In this document: in pieces, positions 45,808-54,967 of the stretch
Numbering within the stretch: the first letter of the stretch is position 1
Layout of the letters: every line of letters starts with the position of its first letter
From: an uncultured Clostridia bacterium
GTDB taxonomy: Bacteria > Bacillota > Clostridia > Lachnospirales > Lachnospiraceae
Direction of reading: 5' to 3'
DNA length: 64,000 bases
Assembly: GCA_947347075.1 (NCBI GenBank)
Contig: CANADC010000019.1
Coordinates: 18,929 to 82,928 of the forward strand
The notes under the pieces: generated by a model
The model's database searches: none
Told to the model about the DNA's origin: nothing
What the model saw: the letters and a program-made list of their open reading frames with translations, nothing else
Translations under genes and position numbers: made by a program

Positions 45808-48180
45808 ATGACTTGGCCTTTTGAAAATGATACCCGTGCTGTTGTAAAGAAGTTAGCAAAAAGGAGTCTGAAAAGTGAGAGACGCAGGAATCTGATGGTA
45901 GTGGTTGCGGTTGGATTGGCGGCATTTTTGATTTGTTTTGCAGGAATTACATCTGTTTCAATTACACAGATGCAACGCCGTCAGGTGGCTGATACTTATG
46001 AGGCGGTTTTTACTGGTGTTGATGAATCGGATGTGGCAGTTTTAAAAGGTTTGCCAGAGTTTGTCTGCGTGGGTGAATATTATCTGTTGGGGCAGGAGCA
46101 CTCGGAACGAGGATATCATGCATCGTATGTGTACTGTGACAGTGAGATGATGTATATTGCCCGCAGTCAGATGGAATTGGTAAAAGGACGGCTTCCGAAA
46201 CAGGCAAATGAAGTTGTTGTCAGCGAATATTTTCTTTCTGCTTATGGCTCTAATGCTGGAATTGGTGAAACGGTTCTGTTGGATACGGAAAGTTTTCAAG
46301 GGGAATATATGGTGACTGGTATTATGAGGGATATGAGTGAGAAAGAGGAAAATATCTGTGTCTTTGTTGTTTCAAAGGAGACATTGACAGAATGGGCAGG
46401 CTTTAATCCGGTTGGATATCGTGCTTATGTACATTTTCAGAATGATCGGCAGCTTGGTCAGGAGATTATAACTGCCCGCTGCAAAGAGATTGCCGCTCAA
46501 TATGATCTGCCTCCTGCGGGAATAAACAGTAATTATTTCACTTATTATTCAAGGTCGATTGATTTTGTTACAGTTGGTGGTGCTGCAATTCTTGTACTGA
46601 TTGGCGGCTATGTTGTTATTCAGAGTATTTTTCGTATCTCTGTCAATAATAAGATTCGAAGTTATGGACAGCTTCGTACAATTGGCACAACGCCAAAACA
46701 GCTTCGGGGCATAGTAAAGAGAGAGAGCCGACAGCTTGGCAGTATGGGAATTTTGTTTGGAGTTTTTTTGGGAGTCTGTGCAGGATTGGTTTTATTCCCA
46801 AAGGGTGTTCATATTGTTTCTTATGGGATGGTTGTTTTTCTGACAGTATGGATCTGCTGGTTTATGGTGGCTGTTTCTGTTCGCAGACCAGTTAAAATAG
46901 CTGCCGGAATTTCACCGCTGGAAGCAATGCGTTTTTCTATGGGACAGGAAAAAATATACAATCGGAAGAAACATATAAAATTAAATCCTGTATCTATGGG
47001 GATAGCGAATTTTCTGCGTGATCGCAGAAAGGCGGTTAGTATTGTAGCATCTTTAAGTTTGGGTGGAATGATTCTTTTAATTGTATCTTCTATGCTGCTG
47101 ACTCGATCGCCGGAGCAGGCGGCAAGGCTGTTTTTTTCGGACGGAGATTATAAAATCTATTTGGCTTCGGAGCAGTCAGAAACGGAAATTATGAGTATCG
47201 ATAATCCGCTGAATGAAAAGCTGCGGCAGGAAATTTTATCTGTGGATGGGGTAGCAGAGGTGCTGGTTACACGCAGATCCGTACATGCAGCATTTCGGAC
47301 TTCTAAAAATGCTTCCGTAGGTATGTGTGATATGCTGACTCACGAAAATGTTTTGTCAGTAGAAGCTGCACTGGTATCTGGTACGATGCCGAAGGATTCA
47401 CACAGCGTTATTTTGGGTACAAATTATCATAAACATTATGATGATATGATGGTAGGGGCGGTTATGGAACTGTCTTTGGGTCAAAAAACCACTACTGTTA
47501 CGATATGCGGTTTATTTGATGTAACTAAGATTGGAAATGGGCATGGTGCACTTTTTCTTGACAGTGTTTCTATGTTTGCACCAGAAGCACTATTTCAAGA
47601 GATTCTGCCTGAAATTAAAAATTTTGACTATTCTTGGAGTATTGTCAGTGATTCAGAAAAATCAGAGAGCGTGGAAAACGGACTGCAAAAAATCCTGTCT
47701 AACCACAGCAATATTGGATTGGATACTATTGAGGCACATATTGAATATGAGAAATGGCAAAATTCTTTTATTTTCGGGAGTATGCAGGCATTTTCTTGGT
47801 TGATTTTCCTGTTTGGAGTTATTAATTTAATCAATACGACACTTTCCAATCAGATGTTTCGAAAACGGGAAAACAGCATCTTGTGCTCGATTGGTCTGAC
47901 AAAGAAACAACTATATCAGATGAATATTTGTGAGGGGCTTTGTTATACCTGTTTTGTTATTTTGACAGTCTTATTTATGGGGCTTCCAATTGCAGTTATG
48001 GTATGCAGGGAACTGAGCAAGCGATCTTTTAGCGGCAAAATTGTTCCATATCAATTTCCTACCCTTGAAATGGGACTGTTTATCTTGGGACTGTTTAGTA
48101 TAGAATTTATCCTGACCGCTTGGGTGATTCGTAGGCAGAAAAAACAATCCCTAATAGAGCAGATGCGGGCAGCAGAGTAG
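45808..48180 (+). CDS. ABC transporter permease, FtsX-like family (MacB-type, two permease modules)
   Basis: Start ATG 45808 (RBS GGAGGCGG). N-terminal TM, large extracytoplasmic domain, and two blocks of four TM helices. Confidence 0.75.
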   Translation: MTWPFENDTRAVVKKLAKRSLKSERRRNLMVVVAVGLAAFLICFAGITSVSITQMQRRQVADTYEAVFTGVDESDVAVLKGLPEFVCVGEYYLLGQEHSERGYHASYVYCDSEMMYIARSQMELVKGRLPKQANEVVVSEYFLSAYGSNAGIGETVLLDTESFQGEYMVTGIMRDMSEKEENICVFVVSKETLTEWAGFNPVGYRAYVHFQNDRQLGQEIITARCKEIAAQYDLPPAGINSNYFTYYSRSIDFVTVGGAAILVLIGGYVVIQSIFRISVNNKIRSYGQLRTIGTTPKQLRGIVKRESRQLGSMGILFGVFLGVCAGLVLFPKGVHIVSYGMVVFLTVWICWFMVAVSVRRPVKIAAGISPLEAMRFSMGQEKIYNRKKHIKLNPVSMGIANFLRDRRKAVSIVASLSLGGMILLIVSSMLLTRSPEQAARLFFSDGDYKIYLASEQSETEIMSIDNPLNEKLRQEILSVDGVAEVLVTRRSVHAAFRTSKNASVGMCDMLTHENVLSVEAALVSGTMPKDSHSVILGTNYHKHYDDMMVGAVMELSLGQKTTTVTICGLFDVTKIGNGHGALFLDSVSMFAPEALFQEILPEIKNFDYSWSIVSDSEKSESVENGLQKILSNHSNIGLDTIEAHIEYEKWQNSFIFGSMQAFSWLIFLFGVINLINTTLSNQMFRKRENSILCSIGLTKKQLYQMNICEGLCYTCFVILTVLFMGLPIAVMVCRELSKRSFSGKIVPYQFPTLEMGLFILGLFSIEFILTAWVIRRQKKQSLIEQMRAAE

Positions 48181-48330
48181 TTTATAACTGTAAAAAAAGT
48201 TACAGAAAAATTCTAAAAAAAACGATACAATAAATTTGTAAAAAACCATATCAAGCAAATTTCGAAATTTGTAAAAAAAGAGTTGACAAGGATTTATTTC
48301 TATGATAGACTTATCAAGTGTTAAGGAATT

Positions 48331-48413
48331 GCCGCAGTGGCGGAATGGCAGACGCACTAGACTCAAAATCTAGCGGGGGCGACCTCGTGCCGGTTCAAGT
48401 CCGGCCTGCGGCA
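48331..48413 (+). tRNA. tRNA-Leu (anticodon CAA)
   Basis: Type II cloverleaf folded by hand. Acceptor GCCGCAG/CTGCGGC. Anticodon arm CTAGA-CTCAAAA-TCTAG. Long variable arm CGGGGGCGACCTCGTG. T-arm GCCGG-TTCAAGT-CCGGC. 83 nt, no encoded CCA. Confidence 0.85.
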
Positions 48414-48469
48414 CTCTTGGCAGGGGCGTTCTCTGTAGACGAAATGTTTACAGGGAATTTTTTTATGTA

Positions 48470-48553
48470 CACAGATGTCTCAAGGAACGATGTCAGCAGA
48501 ACTGACAGACATTTAGCACGGCGAGTAGAGGAGGCAGCCTTCCCTACTCGATT
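48470..48553 (+). repeat. Small repeat family D (hairpin-rich, ends in CCTACTCGAT)
   Basis: TGTCTCAAGGAACGATGTCAGCAGAACTGACAGACATTTAGCACGGCGAGTAGAGGAGGCAGCCTTCCCTACTCGATT. Related copies at 59862-59936 and a partial copy at 57425-57465. Confidence 0.6.
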
Positions 48554-48734
48554 ATAAAAATAGAAAGAACATAACAAATTTTATTCACCATTAGTTTGGG
48601 TAGTTATCAAAAGATAAGATAACTGCCTTTTATTTTATTAAGTCAAAGGAAATTCAGAATCCGCTCCACTACTTCCTTGATAGGTTAAAAAAACAAAAAA
48701 AGAGAAAAAAGAATACCTATATTGTGGAAAAAGA

Positions 48735-48982
48735 CAGCCAGAGTATGGCATTGCAGTACTGTGACTTCGGAGGAAAGTTAGAAGCTTTTAGACTTCTGTC
48801 GATTCATTAGGATTTTTTGCCATTCTTGAATGGCAAAAAAAGGGGTGTGTTTAGCCCGCAGCACGGGCGAATTGCACCCCGGTCCGTCCGGTTGGATGCA
48901 TCTAAATTCAGAAGTCTTAGAGCTTCTTACTTTCTGTAGAGCGAAACAGTACTGCAATGCCATACTCTGGCGTCCTCCCCCC
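48735..48982 (-). repeat. Structured repeat family A, copy A5 (reverse orientation)
   Basis: Reverse complement of the conserved core. The G-rich leader is visible as CGTCCTCCCCCC at the right end. Confidence 0.8.
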
Positions 48983-49091
48983 ACTTTTCGACTAGGATTC
49001 CTATATCTTTTCTTTGCAATCTTAGGATTCTTGTGCTAGAATAAAAGCAATAACCTGTTAAACTGGAAAATGCCAGAAAGGACGAAAAAAG

Positions 49092-49427
49092 ATGATATGT
49101 AAAGAATGGCAGAGAATGATTCCCGGGTTTTTAGATGATACGTTAGAAAACCAAGAAATGGAAGGCTTTATTCAACATGTACAAACCTGTGAGGACTGTT
49201 ATGAAGAGCTAGAAATTATGTTTATGCTTTCTATTGGTTTACAGGAATTAAAAGAAGAAAGAAATATTTCGTATAATTTTAGCCAGTTGTTGGAGAATAA
49301 AATACTAGAAGAAGAAATTCGTTTTGAACGGATTCGGCAGATTCGTTCTTTTAACCGGCTGGTCATTATTATTTTGCATATTCTTGTAGGATTGGGAATT
49401 GCATTTCAGATAATAAAATGGATATAA
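49092..49427 (+). CDS. zf-HC2-type anti-sigma factor-like membrane protein
   Basis: N-terminal putative zinc finger H-x3-C-x2-C (FIQHVQTCEDCYEELE). C-terminal TM helix (LVIIILHILVGLGIAF). No cognate ECF sigma gene is adjacent. Confidence 0.55.
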   Translation: MICKEWQRMIPGFLDDTLENQEMEGFIQHVQTCEDCYEELEIMFMLSIGLQELKEERNISYNFSQLLENKILEEEIRFERIRQIRSFNRLVIIILHILVGLGIAFQIIKWI

Positions 49428-49469
49428 AATAAAGAAAAGGAAAGAATAGGAATAAAAGCGGGAGAAAAA

Positions 49470-52157
49470 ATGGAAAAAATATTACTGATTGACGGAAACA
49501 GTATTTTAAATCGTGCTTTTTACGGATTACCGGATATGACAAATTCCAATGGACAGCATACAAATGCAGTGTTGGGATTTATTCATATTCTTATGAAAGT
49601 AGTGGAAGAGGAAACCCCGGATTATATTACAGTAGCGTTTGATCGAAAAGAACCTACGTTTCGGCATGAGATGTATGAAGAGTATAAAGGAAATCGAAAA
49701 CCTATGCCGGAAGAATTAGCAGAACAGCTTCCTAGGATTAAGGAAGTACTTGCTGCGATGAAAATTCTTTATTTAGAACATGCCGGATGGGAAGCAGACG
49801 ATATTCTTGGAAGTCTGGCAAAAAAGGCAGAGACAGAGGGAATGAAAGTAGTAATACTGTCTGGAGATCGAGACCTTTTGCAGATGGCATCTAGTCAGAT
49901 TCAGATTCGGATCCCAAAGACGAAAAAGGGTGTAACAGAAGTAGAGGATTATTATGAAGAGGATGTAAAAACAAAATATGGTGTAACTCCCATACAATTT
50001 ATTGATATGAAGGCATTAATGGGAGATTCTTCTGATAATATTCCGGGAGTGCCAAGCATTGGAGAAAAGACAGCCGCCAAGATTATTCAAAGTTTTGGTT
50101 CAATAGAAAATGCCTATGCACATATTGAAGAAATTAAACCGCCTAAAGCACAGAAAATGTTAAAAGAGCATTATCATTTGGCACAGCTTTCCAAAGTACT
50201 GGCAACAATTAAAACAGACTGTGAATTGGAATATAAAAAAGAGGACGCCAAAAAAGAAAATTTTTTTACCAAAGAAACGTATCAAGTATTTCAGCAGTTA
50301 GAATTTAAAAGTCTGATTTACCGATATTTTAACAAAATGGATTTTTCTGCAGAACAGGCTGAACTGACAAAAGAGGGAACGGAACAGTTTATTCTTTTAG
50401 AGGATTTTAGTGAGGCAGGGGAAATTTTTCGAAAGGCGGAAAAGAAAAAAAGGGTAGCGGTATCTGGAATTGCAGAGGATGGAATGTTATTAGGATTGTC
50501 GCTTGCTTTTTCGGAAGGACAGGCTTATTTTATACCGATTCAGTTTTTTATGACAGAAGAATATCTGCTGCAGTGCTGGCATCGGCTGGTTCAAGTTTCT
50601 CCAAACAGTATTTTTCTGAATATAAAAGAAAATCTGCCCTATTTAGAAAGAGCAGATACCTGGAAAGGAACAGAAACTGCAGTAACAGAAGAGCGAAAGT
50701 TTGATGTAGGAATTGCAGCGTATCTGCTGAATCCATTAAAAGATGCCTATGGGTATGAGGAAGTGGCAAGGGATTATCTGCATCGGATTGTGCCGGGAAG
50801 AAGTGAACTTTTGGGAAAGATGTCACTTAAACAGGCACAGGAAGAAAAGCCGGAAGAATTCTTAAAGTACTGCTGTTTTAACAGTTTAATTCCGTTTTTA
50901 GCCCAGCCGGTTTTAAAAGAACGGTTAGAAAAACAGGGGATGCAGAAACTTTTTGAAACGGTGGAAATGCCTTTGATTTTTACTCTATATCGTATGGAGC
51001 AGTGGGGGATTCGGGCGAATAAGGAGGAACTTCAAGAATATGGAAAGCGGCTTGCCATAAAGATTAAAGAGGTAGAAGAATCTATTTACCGACAGGTAGG
51101 AGAGCGGTTTAATATTAATTCACCGAAGCAGTTAGGAGAGATTTTATTTGAGAAAATGGGACTTTCCGGCGGGAAAAAGACAAAGACCGGGTACTCTACA
51201 GCGGCAGAAGTCTTAGAAAAATTAGCACCGGAATATCCGGTAGTGCGGGAGATTTTAGAGTATCGGCAGTATACAAAATTAAAGTCAACCTATGCGGACG
51301 GGCTGGCAGCTTATATTGGAGCGGACGGACGAATTCATGGAAAATTTAATCAGACCATTACTGCTACGGGAAGAATCAGCAGTACCGAACCGAACTTGCA
51401 GAATATTCCGGTACGGATGGAGCTAGGAAGAGAGATTCGAAAAGTTTTTGTACCAGAGCCGGGTTATGTTTTTTTAGATGCTGATTATTCACAGATTGAA
51501 CTTCGGGTGCTTGCCCATATGTCAGGGGATCAGCATCTGATTGAAGCATATCGGGATGCGGAAGATATTCATAGTACAACTGCTTCCAAAGTATTTCATG
51601 TTCCTTTGGAAGAGGTGACACCGCTGCAGCGAAGAAATGCAAAAGCGGTCAATTTTGGAATTGTCTATGGCATTAGCTCATTTGGATTGAGTCAGGATTT
51701 AAGCGTGTCCAAGACAGAGGCACAGGAGTATATTGAACAATATTTTCAGGCTTATCCTGGAATCAAACGTTTTTTGGATCAGTTGGTGACAGAGGCAAGA
51801 GAGAAAGGATATTCGGTTACGATGTTTGGAAGACGGCGGCCGCTGCCGGAGATTACTTCTTCTAATTATACGCAGCGGTCATTTGGAGAAAGAATTGCTA
51901 TGAATTCTCCTATTCAGGGTACGGCAGCGGATATTATTAAAATTGCTATGATTCGGGTGGAGCGGCGGTTAAGAGAACAGAAGCTGAAATCCAGATTGAT
52001 TTTACAAGTACATGATGAACTGCTGATTGAGACACATCAGGAAGAAGTCGATATCGTCAGTCAAATTTTAGAGGAAGAGATGATGCATGCGGCTGATTTA
52101 CAGGTAAAGTTAGAAGTAGATATGCATACCGGAACTAGCTGGTTTGATGCAAAGTAG
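49470..52157 (+). CDS. polA: DNA polymerase I
   Basis: 895 aa. N-terminal 5'-3' exonuclease, a central 3'-5'-exo-like domain and a C-terminal polymerase with motif A DYSQIELR, motif B RRNAKAVNFGIVYG and motif C QVHDEL. Confidence 0.9.
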   Translation: MEKILLIDGNSILNRAFYGLPDMTNSNGQHTNAVLGFIHILMKVVEEETPDYITVAFDRKEPTFRHEMYEEYKGNRKPMPEELAEQLPRIKEVLAAMKILYLEHAGWEADDILGSLAKKAETEGMKVVILSGDRDLLQMASSQIQIRIPKTKKGVTEVEDYYEEDVKTKYGVTPIQFIDMKALMGDSSDNIPGVPSIGEKTAAKIIQSFGSIENAYAHIEEIKPPKAQKMLKEHYHLAQLSKVLATIKTDCELEYKKEDAKKENFFTKETYQVFQQLEFKSLIYRYFNKMDFSAEQAELTKEGTEQFILLEDFSEAGEIFRKAEKKKRVAVSGIAEDGMLLGLSLAFSEGQAYFIPIQFFMTEEYLLQCWHRLVQVSPNSIFLNIKENLPYLERADTWKGTETAVTEERKFDVGIAAYLLNPLKDAYGYEEVARDYLHRIVPGRSELLGKMSLKQAQEEKPEEFLKYCCFNSLIPFLAQPVLKERLEKQGMQKLFETVEMPLIFTLYRMEQWGIRANKEELQEYGKRLAIKIKEVEESIYRQVGERFNINSPKQLGEILFEKMGLSGGKKTKTGYSTAAEVLEKLAPEYPVVREILEYRQYTKLKSTYADGLAAYIGADGRIHGKFNQTITATGRISSTEPNLQNIPVRMELGREIRKVFVPEPGYVFLDADYSQIELRVLAHMSGDQHLIEAYRDAEDIHSTTASKVFHVPLEEVTPLQRRNAKAVNFGIVYGISSFGLSQDLSVSKTEAQEYIEQYFQAYPGIKRFLDQLVTEAREKGYSVTMFGRRRPLPEITSSNYTQRSFGERIAMNSPIQGTAADIIKIAMIRVERRLREQKLKSRLILQVHDELLIETHQEEVDIVSQILEEEMMHAADLQVKLEVDMHTGTSWFDAK

Positions 52158-52166
52158 GTAGAAGAG

Positions 52167-52763
52167 ATGGTAATAGGAATTACTGGAGGAATCGGAAGCG
52201 GAAAGTCCTATATTCTTTCGATTATGGAACAGAGATATCACTGTTTGGTTTTAGAGGCAGATCGGATTGCCTGGGAGTTAGAGCAGCCCTCGGGTCTGTG
52301 TTATCCGGCAATTCTTCAGCTTTTTGGAAGAGAGATTTTAGAAGCGGACGGAACGATTCACAGACAGAAATTGGGACAGATTGTATTTTCGGATCGGAAA
52401 AAGTTAGAACAGCTCAATCGAATTGTACATCCTGCTGTAAAGGAACGGATTCAGCAAACAATCCGCCAGTCACAGGCAGAATTTCCAAATAGAAAGATTG
52501 TAATTGAAGCGGCACTTTTACTGGAAGAACGCTATGATAAAATTTGCGATACGATTTGGTATATTTATGCAAGTGCAGAAGTCCGCAGAAAGCGGTTAAA
52601 AGAACAGCGTGGATATTCAGAAGAAAAGATTGCAGCAATTATGGGAAATCAGCTTTCGGATACAATATTTCGAGAAAAATGTAATTGTATAATTGAGAAT
52701 GATACGACAGAAGAAAAATTGATAGAGCAGATAGAAAACTGTCTGAAAAACAGCGGACAGTGA
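52167..52763 (+). CDS. coaE: Dephospho-CoA kinase
   Basis: P-loop GITGGIGSGKS at the N-terminus. 198 aa. Conserved position downstream of polA. Confidence 0.85.
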   Translation: MVIGITGGIGSGKSYILSIMEQRYHCLVLEADRIAWELEQPSGLCYPAILQLFGREILEADGTIHRQKLGQIVFSDRKKLEQLNRIVHPAVKERIQQTIRQSQAEFPNRKIVIEAALLLEERYDKICDTIWYIYASAEVRRKRLKEQRGYSEEKIAAIMGNQLSDTIFREKCNCIIENDTTEEKLIEQIENCLKNSGQ

Positions 52764-52784
52764 TACAAAGGGGATAAGAAATTT

Positions 52785-54572
52785 ATGGATGAGGCAATCA
52801 AATATCCAGAACATATGGTATTTGGACTGGATATAGGGACAAGAAGTGTTGTAGGGACAGTTGGATATTTAGAGCGGAAGACCTTTAAGGTAGCGGCTCA
52901 GTGTGTCCGGTATCATGATACCCGTGCGATGATTGACGGACAGATTCATGATATTACAAAGGTAGGACAGGTAATCTATCAGGTAAAGTCTGAATTAGAA
53001 CGAAGTTTGGGACGAACTCTAAATGAAGTATGTATTGCGGCGGCAGGACGTGTCTTAAAGACCGTGACCATTAAGGCAGAGCAGGTATTAGAGGAAGAGC
53101 GGGTGGTTGGTCAGGAGGATATCTATTCGCTGGATATGCTTGGAGTGGAGCAGGCACATGCACAGCTTGCCGAGGAAGAGACAGAAAATATTCGCTTTTA
53201 TTGTGTGGGTTATACCGTAATTCAGTATTATATGAATGACTATGTAATGAATAATTTAGAGGGACATAAGGCTAGAAAGATTGGGGCAAATGTGCTGGCT
53301 ACTTTTTTGCCGGAGGATGTAGTAGACAGTCTGTATGCAGCGGTAAGAGAGGCGGAACTTCAGGTTGCCAGTTTAACATTGGAGCCGATTGCTGCAATTC
53401 AGCTTGCGATTCCTGAGCAGTTTCGGCTGTTAAATATTGCTTTGGTGGATATTGGAGCAGGGACTTCGGATATCTGTATTACAAAAGATGGAAGTATTGT
53501 TGCTTATGGAATGATTTCTTTGGCTGGAGATGAATTAACCGAGTGTTTGGCAAAACAGTATTTGACAGACTTTGATACTGCGGAGAAGATTAAAATTGCA
53601 ACCGGGAAAAATAAGCCTATCTTTTATAAGGATATTATGGGACTGATTCATAAGCTGACTTCAGAAGAGGTGCTGGGAGTGTTAAAGCCGGTTTTGGATC
53701 ATATGGCAGAAAGTATCTCGGATAAGATTAAGGAGTTAAATGGCGGGAAACCGGTCAGTGCGATCTTTGTAATAGGAGGAGGAGGGAAGATCAATGGATT
53801 TACAGCACTGCTTGCTGATAAGGTTATGATTCCTAGGGAGCGGGTGGCACTGCGTGGAGAAGAGGTAATGGGAAATGTGGAATTTTTAATTCAGGATGTA
53901 AAAAAGGACTCGCTGCTGGTTACTCCGATTGGGATCTGTTTGAATTTTTATAATGAGCGGAATAGTTTTATCTTTGTCTATGTGAATAATGAGCGGATTA
54001 AATTATATGATAATGATAAATTGACGGTGATGGATGCGGCTTTGCAGGCGGATATTTCGAATAGTTCCTTGTTTCCTCAGAGAGGGAAGGACTTGAACTT
54101 TAAGGTAAATGGTCGTCCTCGTGTGGTAAGAGGGAAGGCTGGCGAGGGAGCGGTGATTTTATTGGAAAAGAATGAGGCAAGCCTTCAGACGCCGATTCAT
54201 CAGAATGATCGGATATTTATTAAGGAGTCTACGGTTGGACCGGATGCGGTTTATTCGGTTGGAAAACTGCCGGAGTATGAGGGGAGCATTTCTTTTGTGG
54301 TAAATGAGAAGAAGGTGACTTGTCCGAAGTTTGCTCAAGTGAATGGGAAGCTGGAATCGGGGTATTATGAGATTCAGGAGAATGATGATATTCAGTTTTT
54401 GAATTATTATACAGTGGAGCAGGTGATGCAGTTTTTGGATATTGAGACGGAGATGCTTAAGATTTATGTGAATAATCGGCTGGCGGAGCTTACGGATCGG
54501 GTTTATGAGAATTTTTCTCTGCGGTTTGAAAAGCTGACGGGGACTTATGCGGATTTGATTGAGGAGGAGTAG
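52785..54572 (+). CDS. Actin-like ATPase superfamily protein (FtsA/PilM/EutJ-like) with long C-terminal extension
   Basis: Phosphate-1 motif VFGLDIGTRSVVGTV. Adenosine and phosphate-2 motifs (LVDIGAGTSDICI, IFVIGGGGKINGF). About 250 extra C-terminal residues. Confidence 0.55.
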   Translation: MDEAIKYPEHMVFGLDIGTRSVVGTVGYLERKTFKVAAQCVRYHDTRAMIDGQIHDITKVGQVIYQVKSELERSLGRTLNEVCIAAAGRVLKTVTIKAEQVLEEERVVGQEDIYSLDMLGVEQAHAQLAEEETENIRFYCVGYTVIQYYMNDYVMNNLEGHKARKIGANVLATFLPEDVVDSLYAAVREAELQVASLTLEPIAAIQLAIPEQFRLLNIALVDIGAGTSDICITKDGSIVAYGMISLAGDELTECLAKQYLTDFDTAEKIKIATGKNKPIFYKDIMGLIHKLTSEEVLGVLKPVLDHMAESISDKIKELNGGKPVSAIFVIGGGGKINGFTALLADKVMIPRERVALRGEEVMGNVEFLIQDVKKDSLLVTPIGICLNFYNERNSFIFVYVNNERIKLYDNDKLTVMDAALQADISNSSLFPQRGKDLNFKVNGRPRVVRGKAGEGAVILLEKNEASLQTPIHQNDRIFIKESTVGPDAVYSVGKLPEYEGSISFVVNEKKVTCPKFAQVNGKLESGYYEIQENDDIQFLNYYTVEQVMQFLDIETEMLKIYVNNRLAELTDRVYENFSLRFEKLTGTYADLIEEE

Positions 54573-54624
54573 AAGGGGGAGGAGAATCAGATTATGGAGT
54601 GGGGGATGGGGGAAAGACTTTAGA

Positions 54625-54878
54625 GGGAGGACGCTAGAGTTTGGAACCTATTTCTTGCAGCTGTTCCGCTCTTCGGAAAGAAGAAGCTCTAAGACTTCTG
54701 AGTCTGGGTGTATCCAACCGGACGGAACGGGGTGCAATTCGCCCGTGCAGCGGGCTAAACACACCCCTTTTTTGCCATTCGAGAATGGCAAAAATCCTAG
54801 TGGATCGACAGAAGTCTAAGAGCTTCTAACTTTCCTCCGAAGTCACAGCTGCAAGAAATAGGTTCCAAACTCTGGCTG
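54625..54878 (+). repeat. Structured repeat family A, copy A6
   Basis: Conserved core. Inner stem AGAAGCTCTAAGACTTCTG / CAGAAGTCTAAGAGCTTCT. It sits between the FtsA-like gene and the MVP-like gene. Confidence 0.8.
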
Positions 54879-54967
54879 TTTTTTCCGGCTGGTAGAGGAA
54901 TGTAGATGGCGGTGGTTTGGTTGCCGTAATTTTTTAGGTAAATTGATGAAGTTAGGAGGAAACTGAT

